Positions 6,817 to 15,657 are shown, counted from the first letter of the stretch. The stretch is 24,941 nt of DNA from a virus (IMGVR_UViG_3300048606_000042:1-24941), one strand, 5' to 3'. The notes: generated by a model not told the origin, from the letters alone. Translations and numbers: made by a program.

Positions 6817-9800
6817 GTGAGCAATCCGAGCGCCACCGAGATTCACCTCAGCGACGAGCACCGGGCGTATCTGGCCAGTCAGGCCGTGGACCCCGATCTG
6901 GCCCTCAAGCTGGGAGTCCACACCGTCACCGAACGTGCCGACATGGAAGCCACGGGGAGTGACAACTGGGTCAACTTCGCCAACTTCCCGGCCATCCTCT
7001 TCCCCTGGACCAGCCCGGACGGCCGGATCATGTACCAGGCCCGGCCGGACACTCCGACCCTGGACCAGCGCACCCAGCGGCCCCGCAAGTACGTGTTCGG
7101 CCGTGGGGAGGAGCCGGTCCTCTGGGCCGTCCGTGAGGTCGAGGGCTCCGAGCGGATCGTGATCGTGGAGGGGACCAAGCAATGCCTGGCCGCCGCCTCG
7201 TACGCGCCGCCCGGAGTCTCGGTCTACGGCATCGCCGGTTGCCGCATGTGGCAAGTCGACGGAGTGCCGATCGGGGACCTGGCCGTGGCGGACGGTAAGG
7301 AGGTCGTGGTCATCCTGGACGCGGACGCGGCCGAGAACCCCGACGTGTACCAGGCCGGGATCGAGCTGGCCGAGGCGCTGGCGATGGAGACCGCCACCAA
7401 GGTCACGTTCGGTCGCCTCCCCGGCGGCGGCAAGAACGGCCTGGACGACATCCTGGCCAGCCGACTGGAGGAGCGGCGCGCGGTCTACCTGGCCGCCCTG
7501 ATCGACAAGGCCAAGCCCAAGCCAGCCGACAAGGCGCCGACCCGCAAGAAGCGCATCGGCGCGGCGCCGACCGGCACCAAGGACCGGCCCACGATCGTGG
7601 TCAATCGGGACCGCTGGGAAGTGATCAACGACCTGGCGGACGCGCTGCTCAAGCGCTGGAACGCCACCGAGCTGTTCAACCACGGGGGCGTGATCTCGCG
7701 GCGCGTGGGCGACTCGATGAGCCCGGTTGACCGGGGCACCTTCCACGACATCGTCCAGGCCACGGCCGTGACGGTGACCGAGAACGAGGGCGCCCAGGGC
7801 ACCACGTACGGCTACGCCTGGCCGGACGCCGGGAGCATGTCCGCCGTGATGAGCCGGGCCGACCGGTTCGCCACGCTGGAGCGGCTGGCTCACGCGCCGT
7901 TCGTGCGGCCGGACGGCTCGATCGTCACCGAGCCCGGGTACGACGAGGCAACGCGAACCATCCTCATGCCTGACGAGGTGTTCGCCGGGATCGAGGTGCC
8001 GGAGAGCCCGAGCGCGGACGAGATCCAGGCGGCCCGGGACCTGATCCTGACCGAGTGGCTGGGGGACTTCCCGCTGGACGGGGAGGCCGACCTGGCCAAC
8101 CTCCTGGCCCTGGTGGTCACCCCGGCCATCCGGGGCATGGTGCCGCGCGCACCAATGGCCGTGGTGGACGGGCTCCAGATGGGCGTGGGTAAGAACCTGC
8201 TGGCGGACTGCCTGCTCACGGTCTACACGGGCCACGCGGCCCAGCCGATGAACTGGGTCGAGGAGGCCGAGGAGCTGCGGAAGCAGATCACCTCGGCGTT
8301 CCGTACCGGCGCCGAGTTCTTCGTGTTCGATGAGGCCCACACGCTGGAGGGCGCCGCGCTGGCCCAGGCCCTGACCGCCGAGACCTGGCAAGACCGCATC
8401 CTGGGCGTCTCGACCATGGCCAACTTCCCGAACCGGGTCACCTGGTTGAGCCTGGGGAACAACGTCCAGGTCAAGGGCGACATCACGCGCCGGGTCTACC
8501 GGATCGCACTCCGGCCCCGGTACGCCAACCCCCAGGACCGCCAGGCGAGCACGTTCCGGCACCCGGGCACGTCCGGGCTCGACCTCGGGAGCTGGACCCG
8601 CAAGCACCGGCGGGAGCTGATGGTGGCCATCCTGACCCTGGTCCGGGCGTGGTTCGCCCAGGGCTCGCCGTACCCGACCCGGGGCGTCTCGTTCGGCTCG
8701 TTCGAGGCGTGGGAGAAGACCGTCGGCGGGATCGTGGAGGCGGCCGGGTTGCCGGGCTTCCTGGGCAACCTCACCGTGTGGCGCTCCGAGAGCGACTTCG
8801 ATTCCCAGTATTGGATCAGCCACCTGGAATGGCTCAAGGAGCAGTTCGGGGACCGGACGTTCCGGACCGCCGACGTGAAGACCAAAGCCCTGACCCTGGG
8901 GACCGACCTCTACGCGGCGCCGCCCCGGCTGGACGACCCGAGCGAGAAGACCTACGGCAAGGCCCTGGGCGAGGCATACGGGCGCATCCGGTCCCGGCGC
9001 TATGGCGGGTACTGGCTGGAGCGCGTGGGCTCGGCTCACGGCCACGTGAGCGTCTACCAGGTGTTCGCCGGTGACGATCTCCCCCCGGCGCCGCCGGTCG
9101 CCATCCCGGACCCGGAGCCTGACCCGGCGCTAGAGCCCGAGATCCCGGCCACGACGGCTAAGCGTGGCGGCATCCAGTGGGCCGAGCCTGACAGTCAAGT
9201 GTCAACCAGCCAGGTGGCAGACAGCGAGGTGGCCGACGTGGTCACGTTCGACCTGGAGACCCACGACGCTGAGCAGCTTCACCGGCACGGCCCGGGTTAC
9301 GTGCGGATCGGCGCGACGGCGGCCGACTCGGAGGAGGTCGTCACCTACAACGGGCCGGGCTCGACCGTGCCGCGCCAGGTGGCGGCCGACATCCGGACCG
9401 GCCAGGTGATCACCGGCCACAACATCATGGCGTTCGATCTCCCGGCCCTGGTCAACGACGGTGCTATGACCATGACCGAGGTCCACGACATGGCCGACGA
9501 GGGGCGGCTGGCGGACGCGCTGCTCATGGCCCGCTACATCGATCCCCCGATGGCCAAGGAGAAGGGGGTGGACCACGAGCGCAAGTACGACCTGGGAACC
9601 CTGGGCGCCAAGCTCGGCCTGGGCGAGAAGCTGACCGAGGTCTCCCATCCGCTGGCCAAGAAGTACGGCGGATGGGGCCTGATCCCGATCGACGTGGACG
9701 ACCCGGACGAGGAGCGGGCGCGCGACGCGGCCGACTTCATCGGCTACATGGCCCAGGACGTGAACCTTTCTCGCAAGCTCTACCGGGTGCTCCTGGCCGA

Positions 9801-11025
9801 GCTGGGCGGGACCATGCCGGACTACCTGGTCCGTGAGCACCGGGTGGCCGCCATCGGCGCCCAGATCGGTGTCAACGGGTTCTTGGTGGATCAGACGCTC
9901 CTCGGGGAGCGAGTGCGCGAGGTCGAGGACACCAAGCGCAAGGCCATGGCCTACCTCCACGGCCAGCACGGTGTCCCGCTGGCCGACGCCAAGGGCACGG
10001 CGTACAAGAGCCCGCTGGCCACCAAGCTGGGCAAGGAGGCCGTGGGCGCGGCGCTGGTGGAGCTGGGCGTCCCGGCGCGCTCGCTCTGGCGGACGCCCAA
10101 AGCCCAGGACCTCCAGCTCAGCTCGGACGCGATGATCTTCTACGGCCGGGAGTACGGCCAGAACCGGCCCGAGCTACGCAAGCTCTGCACGGCGGTCTAC
10201 CGGATCGTGTCCGCGCGCTCGGTCTACCAGACCGCGCTCGACCACACCGGCCCGGACGGCCGGGTCCACCCCAAGGTCTCGTTCGAGCAAGCCACCGGCC
10301 GCTGGTCCGTGACTCGCCCTGGCCTGACCGTGTTCGGCAAGCGCAACGGGCGGCACGTGGAGCGCGCGGTCTTCCTCCCCGATCCGGGCGAGGTGCTGAT
10401 CTCGGCCGACCTCTCCCAGGTCGACATGCGGGCCGTGGCCGCGCTCAGCCAGGACCCGGCGTACATGAAGATGCTGGAGTCCGAGGACCCGCACGCCGAG
10501 ATTGCCCGGCTCCTGTTCGGTGACCCCGGGATGCGCGAGGTGGCTAAGCCGATCGGCCACGGTTGGAACTACGGCCGGGGGATCAAGGCCATCAGCGAGG
10601 CCAACAACCTGGACCCGGCCATCGTCCGGAAATTTGACGAGTCGATGTATCAGCGCTTCCCCCGGCTCGTTCAGTGGCAAGGGGAGGTGCGAGCGCTGGC
10701 CGAGTCCGGCGCCCTGCTGGACAACGGCTGGGGCCGGATGATGCGGGCCGACCCGCACCGGGCGCACACCCAGGGTCCGGCGCTGATGGGCCAGGGCGCG
10801 GCCCGGGACATCATGATGGCCGGTCTCCTCCGGCTGGACCGGCGCATCCTGCCGATGCTCCGGGCTCAGGTCCACGATGAGATCGTGCTCTCGGTCCCGG
10901 TGGCCGAGGCCGACGAGATCGGCAAGGCCGTGGTGGACGCCCTCTCGTTCGAGTGGCGCGGCGTGGCCATCACGGCTGACGTGTCCAAGACCGGGACCGA
11001 CTGGAGCAAGTGCTACGAGAAGTGA
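6817..11025 (+). CDS. polA: fused primase (TOPRIM)-helicase/ATPase-3'5' exonuclease-family A DNA polymerase
   Basis: TOPRIM IVEGTKQ...ILDADA...GLDD; P-loop GVGKNLL with FVFDEAH; Pro-rich linker; ExoI FDLET, ExoII GHNIMAFD, ExoIII YMAQDV; PolA QATGRWS, DLSQVDMR, REVAKPIGHGWNYG, QGAARDIM, QVHDEIV. Confidence 0.9.
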   Translation: MSNPSATEIHLSDEHRAYLASQAVDPDLALKLGVHTVTERADMEATGSDNWVNFANFPAILFPWTSPDGRIMYQARPDTPTLDQRTQRPRKYVFGRGEEPVLWAVREVEGSERIVIVEGTKQCLAAASYAPPGVSVYGIAGCRMWQVDGVPIGDLAVADGKEVVVILDADAAENPDVYQAGIELAEALAMETATKVTFGRLPGGGKNGLDDILASRLEERRAVYLAALIDKAKPKPADKAPTRKKRIGAAPTGTKDRPTIVVNRDRWEVINDLADALLKRWNATELFNHGGVISRRVGDSMSPVDRGTFHDIVQATAVTVTENEGAQGTTYGYAWPDAGSMSAVMSRADRFATLERLAHAPFVRPDGSIVTEPGYDEATRTILMPDEVFAGIEVPESPSADEIQAARDLILTEWLGDFPLDGEADLANLLALVVTPAIRGMVPRAPMAVVDGLQMGVGKNLLADCLLTVYTGHAAQPMNWVEEAEELRKQITSAFRTGAEFFVFDEAHTLEGAALAQALTAETWQDRILGVSTMANFPNRVTWLSLGNNVQVKGDITRRVYRIALRPRYANPQDRQASTFRHPGTSGLDLGSWTRKHRRELMVAILTLVRAWFAQGSPYPTRGVSFGSFEAWEKTVGGIVEAAGLPGFLGNLTVWRSESDFDSQYWISHLEWLKEQFGDRTFRTADVKTKALTLGTDLYAAPPRLDDPSEKTYGKALGEAYGRIRSRRYGGYWLERVGSAHGHVSVYQVFAGDDLPPAPPVAIPDPEPDPALEPEIPATTAKRGGIQWAEPDSQVSTSQVADSEVADVVTFDLETHDAEQLHRHGPGYVRIGATAADSEEVVTYNGPGSTVPRQVAADIRTGQVITGHNIMAFDLPALVNDGAMTMTEVHDMADEGRLADALLMARYIDPPMAKEKGVDHERKYDLGTLGAKLGLGEKLTEVSHPLAKKYGGWGLIPIDVDDPDEERARDAADFIGYMAQDVNLSRKLYRVLLAELGGTMPDYLVREHRVAAIGAQIGVNGFLVDQTLLGERVREVEDTKRKAMAYLHGQHGVPLADAKGTAYKSPLATKLGKEAVGAALVELGVPARSLWRTPKAQDLQLSSDAMIFYGREYGQNRPELRKLCTAVYRIVSARSVYQTALDHTGPDGRVHPKVSFEQATGRWSVTRPGLTVFGKRNGRHVERAVFLPDPGEVLISADLSQVDMRAVAALSQDPAYMKMLESEDPHAEIARLLFGDPGMREVAKPIGHGWNYGRGIKAISEANNLDPAIVRKFDESMYQRFPRLVQWQGEVRALAESGALLDNGWGRMMRADPHRAHTQGPALMGQGAARDIMMAGLLRLDRRILPMLRAQVHDEIVLSVPVAEADEIGKAVVDALSFEWRGVAITADVSKTGTDWSKCYEK
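9189..9204 (-). promoter_or_regulatory. intragenic operator-like motif copy (TGACACTTGACTGTCA)
   Basis: The 19 bp CTGACAGTCAAGTGTCAAC at 9188-9206 is identical to 22861-22879. Confidence 0.7.
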
Positions 11026-11034
11026 TCTCGGTCG

Positions 11035-11057
11035 CGGGGGGAGGTTGACTCCCCCCG
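11035..11057 (+). terminator. hairpin after the replicase gene
   Basis: CGGGGGGAG-GTTGA-CTCCCCCCG followed by TTACCTT. Confidence 0.65.
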
Positions 11058-11062
11058 TTACC

Positions 11063-11092
11063 TTGACGACATACCCGGCGGGGCTGTAAGGT
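11063..11092 (+). promoter_or_regulatory. sigma70-type promoter
   Basis: TTGACG-18 bp-TAAGGT with GGCTG before the -10. Confidence 0.65.
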
Positions 11093-11127
11093 TCCGCCCA
11101 ACCAAGACCGAGCAGAGAGACAGGAAG

Positions 11128-11712
11128 ATGACCGACCACGAGCACCAGGCCACCAACTACCCCGGGGGACTGCCCCAACGTGAGCCGTTCGAGACGCTGG
11201 CCTCCTGGGACCGCCAGGCGCAACCGGCGCCGGTGAGTCCCGGGCGCCCGTACGTGAGCCCCGGCCCGGCGCCATGGGGAACCCTGGCTCAGGACGTGGG
11301 CCACGCGGCGCCGCGCAAGCGCCGGATCTGGCCCTGGGTCCTGGCGGCCGTGGTCCTCGTGCTGGGTTGCGGCGTGGGCGCGCTCGTCCTGGTGGGCGCC
11401 GGTGGCAAGGCCGTGGTCGACACGGTGAACGAACAGGCGACCGCTCGCGCGGCGGACATCAAGATCACGAGCTGCACCGGGCCGGACGAGTTCGGCATGG
11501 TCACCGTGAAGTACACGATCCACAACGGCTCGGGTGACCCCCAGAGCTACCTCCCCCAGTTCGACCTCGGGGACGGCAAGGGAACTGTGTACGGCCAGGC
11601 GGCCGACATCGTGAACAACCTGGGCGCCGGTAAGGACTACCGGGGCTCGGCGGCCAACGTGGTCCAGGCTCCCAAGGGCGCCAAGATCGTGTGCTCCGTC
11701 GCCAGCTCCTGA
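11128..11712 (+). CDS. single-pass membrane protein with extracytoplasmic FxLYD-like Ig-type domain
   Basis: Pro-rich N-terminus, RKRR followed by a TM helix, then VKYTIHNGS...SYLPQFDLGDGKG...NNLGAG with two Cys. Confidence 0.7.
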   Translation: MTDHEHQATNYPGGLPQREPFETLASWDRQAQPAPVSPGRPYVSPGPAPWGTLAQDVGHAAPRKRRIWPWVLAAVVLVLGCGVGALVLVGAGGKAVVDTVNEQATARAADIKITSCTGPDEFGMVTVKYTIHNGSGDPQSYLPQFDLGDGKGTVYGQAADIVNNLGAGKDYRGSAANVVQAPKGAKIVCSVASS

Positions 11713-11725
11713 CACTTAACCGTCA
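11710..11725 (+). promoter_or_regulatory. operator-like motif copy (TGACACTTAACCGTCA)
   Basis: Exact match to the 16262 and 18443 copies; begins with the upstream TGA stop. Confidence 0.75.
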
Positions 11726-11747
11726 ACACAGGAAGGGAAGACCGACC

Positions 11748-12287
11748 ATGCGACGCATGATCATCATGGCTCTGGCCGCACTGGCCGGAGGTTTCTACCT
11801 GGGCACTCCGGCGCCGACCGAGGCCGACGCGGCGCCGGTCCCGGCCGCGTTCTCGATCTCCTGGGGCACCGTCACGCCCACGGTCACTCCCGCGAACAAG
11901 CGGACGATCGAGGTCGTGGACCAGCTCAAGCCGAGCAAGTGGCGCGTGAGCCAGGCGGCCGAGTGGCTGGACCGCTACACGGCCAGCAACATGAAGACCG
12001 TCTCTCGGTGCTCGGGCCACGCCTGGAAATGCGTCTACATCCGGGGAGGCAAGCTGGGCGGTAACGTCCTGGCGTTGACCCGGGGCAACGTGATCACGGT
12101 GGACTACGGCAAGGTGGACCGGCACGGCTACCGCTCGAACCTGAGCCGGGAGAAGATCCTGGCCCACGAGCTGGGCCACACGTTCGGCATCGTGAAGCAC
12201 ACCAACCACACGGTGATGGCCGCCGCCATGGGCGGCACCCGGCTATCCCTGAACGGCACTCAGCGCGCGTTCCTCCGCAAGCGCTAG
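11748..12287 (+). CDS. secreted zinc metallopeptidase (metzincin/matrixin-like)
   Basis: Signal peptide MRRMIIMALAALAGG...ADA, HELGHTFGIVKH zinc motif and TVM Met-turn. Confidence 0.8.
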   Translation: MRRMIIMALAALAGGFYLGTPAPTEADAAPVPAAFSISWGTVTPTVTPANKRTIEVVDQLKPSKWRVSQAAEWLDRYTASNMKTVSRCSGHAWKCVYIRGGKLGGNVLALTRGNVITVDYGKVDRHGYRSNLSREKILAHELGHTFGIVKHTNHTVMAAAMGGTRLSLNGTQRAFLRKR

Positions 12288-12296
12288 CCTCGGCAC

Positions 12297-12418
12297 ACGG
12301 TCCCTTGCCTAGGACGTGGGGACCGTCCAGCCCGAGCCCCGGCCCCGATCCGACCAGACCTCCCCGTCCCGGATCGGACCAGCCGGGGCTCGGTGCTTCC
12401 CAGGCAAGGCGGGGAGGT
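12297..12418 (+). ncRNA. putative structured RNA element with two long-range pairings
   Basis: Two hairpins whose loop regions are complementary to the adjacent downstream segments 12398-12409 and 12408-12418. Confidence 0.45.
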
Positions 12419-12454
12419 ATCGAATGTCCCCCGGCTCCCGGATAGAGTGACACC

Positions 12455-13153
12455 ATGAAATCGACGCCACTAGGCCCCACGAACAACCCCGGCAAGGCCC
12501 GGTGGTGCGCTGATCACGGACGGCTGGAATGCACCCGGCACCGGACCAAGGGACGGGGGACTTGTCACCAGGCGGCCGTCCGGGGAACCGACGCTTGCCA
12601 GAACCACTCGGGCTACAAGCTGGTCACCCAGAAGGTCCGGGGCGAGGCCATGATCACGGCCTGGAATCCGGACAGCCCGGACGCCCCGACCATAGACGCC
12701 AGCTCGGCCGTGCTGCGCGTGCTCCAGATGAGCTATCTCCGGCTCGGTGTGTACTCCCGGCTCCTCCAGCGCCAGGTGGCCGTGGAGGGCGACCAGGCGG
12801 GCGGCACCGACGAGGATGCGCCGGAGACCTCGGGGCTGGTGGGCTTCCGCTACGGCATGGGCGGCAAGGACGGGATCTCGTACGTCCAGTCCGAGGAGAT
12901 CCGCGCGCTGGTTCTCCTGGAGGGCGCCGAGCGGGACCGCATCGTGAAGTACGCCAAGACCGCCCACGACATGGGGATCTCGACCCGGCTCACGGCGATG
13001 GCCGAGCAGTGGGGGGACATCGTGGTTATCCGGCTGATGAGGATCATCGACGCCTTGGGCCTAACGGCGGCCCAATCCGCCCTCGTGCCCGACCTGGTCC
13101 AGCTCCACCTCGGCTCGATCGACATGACCGCCATCGAGGGCGGCACGGAATGA
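12455..13153 (+). CDS. probable terminase small subunit (HGGxSTG-like Zn motif)
   Basis: C...TKGRGTCHQAAVRGTDACQNHSG resembles the HGGxSTG domain; helical C-terminus; located just upstream of TerL. Confidence 0.6.
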   Translation: MKSTPLGPTNNPGKARWCADHGRLECTRHRTKGRGTCHQAAVRGTDACQNHSGYKLVTQKVRGEAMITAWNPDSPDAPTIDASSAVLRVLQMSYLRLGVYSRLLQRQVAVEGDQAGGTDEDAPETSGLVGFRYGMGGKDGISYVQSEEIRALVLLEGAERDRIVKYAKTAHDMGISTRLTAMAEQWGDIVVIRLMRIIDALGLTAAQSALVPDLVQLHLGSIDMTAIEGGTE

Positions 13154-13317
13154 CGCACCGGCCGTGCGGCGCGTGCCGCTCGCTCGTCCCCGTGGACGAC
13201 GGGTGCGCGCACTGGCGGCCGGGACTGAGTGCCAAAGCGGCCGACTCCCGCGAGCGGCGCCGCCTGGCGCGCGAGGAGCTGGCCGCCTTCCGCCGACAGA
13301 TGAGGCTGGCCCCGTGA
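13150..13317 (+). CDS. small Cys-containing hypothetical protein (55 aa)
   Basis: ATGA and GTGA overlaps at the two ends; CxxC...CxH followed by a basic helix. Confidence 0.65.
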   Translation: MTHRPCGACRSLVPVDDGCAHWRPGLSAKAADSRERRRLAREELAAFRRQMRLAP

Positions 13318-14795
13318 GAATCGACCTGGCATCTAAGTTCCTGGCCCGGGGGAAGCTCGACCGCTGGCGGGACTCGCCGGTGGCCTGGGCGGCTGACTGC
13401 CTCAACGTCAAGCTGGCGGGCTATCAGGCCGAGGTCCTGGACGCTCTGCCCGTCCACCGGCGCGTGGCTGTCAAGGGACCTCACGGCCTGGGGAAGTCAT
13501 TCAAGGGCGCCCTCCTGGTGAACTGGTTCGCCACCACGCGGGAGCTGATGGGCAAGGACTGGAAGATCATCACCACGGCCAGCGCGTGGCGTCACCTGGA
13601 GGTCTACCTCTGGCCCGAGATCCACAAGTGGGCGGATCGGATCGACTTCGAGACCCTGGGCCGCGCGCCGTTCAACCCCCGGACCGAGCTGCTGGACCTC
13701 CGGCTCAAGCTGCGGTATGGCGCGGCCACGGCCGTGGCGAGCAACCAGCCGGAGCGCATCGAGGGCGCGCACGCCGAGGAGCTGCTGTACTTGCTTGACG
13801 AGGCAAAGATCGTGCCCCCGGCCACCTGGGACTCCATCGAGGGCGCGTTCTCGAACGCCGGTCCCGACACGGCGGACAACGCGTACGCGTTCGCCATGAG
13901 CACGCCTGGGGCGCCGTCCGGCCGGTTCTACGACATCCACCGGCGGGCGCCCGGGTATGAGGACTGGTGGACCCGCTCGGTGACGCTGGAGGAGGCCATC
14001 GAGGCGGGCCGGATCTCGCGTGCCTGGGCGGACCAGCGCCGGATGCAATGGGGCGAGGACAGCGCGGTCTACCACAACCGCGTGCTGGGCAACTTCCACG
14101 CCAGCGACGAGGACGCCGTGATCCCGCTCGCGTGGCTGGAGGACGCGGTAGAGCGCTGGCACGAGTGGGACCGGGCCGGACGCCCGGACCAGGGCGGTCC
14201 GTACTGGGTGGGCGTGGACGTGGGGCGCGGCGGGGACGAGTCGGTCCTGGCGCACCGCGACGGCCCGGCGCTCTGGCTGGAGGGCAACCGCAAGCGGGAC
14301 ACCATGTCCACGGTCTCGATGCTCCAGGGCCTGGATGAGCGGCCGATCATCGACGTGATCGGCGTGGGCGCCGGTGTCTACGACCGAGGCAAGGAGGTCG
14401 GGCTCAAGGCCGTGGCCTACGTCGGCTCGGGCAAGACCCCGGTCCGGGACCGCTCGCGCAAGTACGGGTTCACCAACACCCGGAGCGCGGCCTACTACCA
14501 CCTCCGGGAGCTGCTGGACCCGGCATACCAGCCGGTCCTGATGCTCCCCCCGGACGACCTGCTGGTCTCGGACCTGACCACGCCCACGTGGACGATCACC
14601 ACCGGTGTCCCGCCCAAGATCCAGGTCGAGCCCAAGGACAAGGTGATGGAACGCCTGGGCCGCTCGCCGGACCGAGGCGACGCCATCGCCATGGCGATGT
14701 GGGCCGACCGGCTCCAGGGCCTCGGTACCCACGTCGCGCCGGTCGGGTCGATGCCGGTCACGGGCCTGAGCCCGATCGGCCGTCCGGGCCGTTAA
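13314..14795 (+). CDS. terL: terminase large subunit
   Basis: Walker A VAVKGPHGLGKS, Walker B YLLDEAK, STP coupling motif, nuclease VGVDVGRGGDES and RSPDRGDA. Confidence 0.92.
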   Translation: MRIDLASKFLARGKLDRWRDSPVAWAADCLNVKLAGYQAEVLDALPVHRRVAVKGPHGLGKSFKGALLVNWFATTRELMGKDWKIITTASAWRHLEVYLWPEIHKWADRIDFETLGRAPFNPRTELLDLRLKLRYGAATAVASNQPERIEGAHAEELLYLLDEAKIVPPATWDSIEGAFSNAGPDTADNAYAFAMSTPGAPSGRFYDIHRRAPGYEDWWTRSVTLEEAIEAGRISRAWADQRRMQWGEDSAVYHNRVLGNFHASDEDAVIPLAWLEDAVERWHEWDRAGRPDQGGPYWVGVDVGRGGDESVLAHRDGPALWLEGNRKRDTMSTVSMLQGLDERPIIDVIGVGAGVYDRGKEVGLKAVAYVGSGKTPVRDRSRKYGFTNTRSAAYYHLRELLDPAYQPVLMLPPDDLLVSDLTTPTWTITTGVPPKIQVEPKDKVMERLGRSPDRGDAIAMAMWADRLQGLGTHVAPVGSMPVTGLSPIGRPGR

Positions 14796-14798
14796 CGT

Positions 14799-14867
14799 CG
14801 CACCTCCCCCGGTTGTCCGGCCATCGTGCAAAAGTGTGACCGGGATCACCGGGGGTTACCGGGTGCG
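14799..14867 (+). terminator. long imperfect hairpin after terL
   Basis: Nested stems CGCACC/GGTGCG, CCCCCGGT/ACCGGGGG and TCCGG/CCGGG. Confidence 0.45.
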
Positions 14868-14900
14868 GATCGACATACGAATACGACGGGGCCAGCTCGG

Positions 14901-14929
14901 TTGACACTTCGCAGTCGTGACGGTAAGGT
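14901..14929 (+). promoter_or_regulatory. sigma70-type promoter with degenerate operator
   Basis: TTGACA-17 bp-TAAGGT; the spacer holds TGACACTTCGCAGTCG and CAGTCGTGACGG. Confidence 0.75.
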
Positions 14930-14959
14930 AGAACCAACACCGAGCGAGAGGGGAGCCAC

Positions 14960-15085
14960 ATGGCGACCAACGGCCCGTACTCCTGGGGCAACGGACCCAA
15001 GCCCAAGCCCAAGGGCATCCTGGCCAAGTTGCTGGACCTGGCGGTCAACGGCGGCACCAAGAAGCCCAAGAAGGGCAAGAAGTGA
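14960..15085 (+). CDS. 41-aa Lys-rich amphipathic peptide (not in ORF track)
   Basis: GGGGAG RBS; MATNGPYSWGNGPKPKPKGILAKLLDLAVNGGTKKPKKGKK; GTGA overlap with the next gene. Confidence 0.7.
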   Translation: MATNGPYSWGNGPKPKPKGILAKLLDLAVNGGTKKPKKGKK

Positions 15086-15657
15086 CGACGAGGCCGGGGG
15101 TGATCTACCCCCGGTTCCTCGGGATCGACGGCTCGGGGGACTTCGTCTGGGAGCTGGCCAGCGGTCGGTGGACCTGGGGCGACGACCCGCACTCGGCGGT
15201 CACCAGAGAGCGGACGTTCGAGCCCGAGCGGTACGTGGAGAAGTACGGCCGCCCGGTGCCGATCGGAGAGCAGATCGACCGCCAGGCCGAGGCCGAGCTG
15301 GAGCCCGCCGAGTCGCTGGCCATGGTCGGACGGCCCGAGGTGCTACTGACGACTCACCACCTGGACGGCACCAAGACCGTGGCGACCCGGGCAGAGCCGG
15401 ACTCAACCCGCGAGGCCGACAAGATGGCCGGAGCCCGCCGGGCGACGGTGCTCATGCTCGGCGCGCTGGACGGCTGGATCGAGGGCGCCAGGGCCAACCA
15501 TGACGGGCTCGGCCACCGGGGCGAGAACGTGGGCGAGGAGTGCTGGACCCAGTTCCACCCCAACGACATCCGCAACATGGTCAACGACGTGAACCGCGAG
15601 ATGGGCATGTCCGAGTTCGCGGCTCCCGAGGTAGCAAAGGAGGACGAGGTCCGATGA
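15082..15657 (+). CDS. hypothetical protein
   Basis: Coupled start and stop overlaps; GC3-rich codons. Confidence 0.75.
   Translation: MTTRPGVIYPRFLGIDGSGDFVWELASGRWTWGDDPHSAVTRERTFEPERYVEKYGRPVPIGEQIDRQAEAELEPAESLAMVGRPEVLLTTHHLDGTKTVATRAEPDSTREADKMAGARRATVLMLGALDGWIEGARANHDGLGHRGENVGEECWTQFHPNDIRNMVNDVNREMGMSEFAAPEVAKEDEVR

Noticed and set aside
6292-9045. 917-aa minus-strand ORF and other long antisense ORFs (e.g. 10174..11715, 13497..14849, 23894..24940)
   Set aside because: These are shadow frames of GC3-rich plus-strand genes with clear motifs; they have no RBS or recognisable domains.
9070-9240. Intein in the large replicase
   Set aside because: No C/S...HN-C/S/T splice junctions or LAGLIDADG motifs were noticed; the length is explained by the fused domains and a Pro-rich linker.
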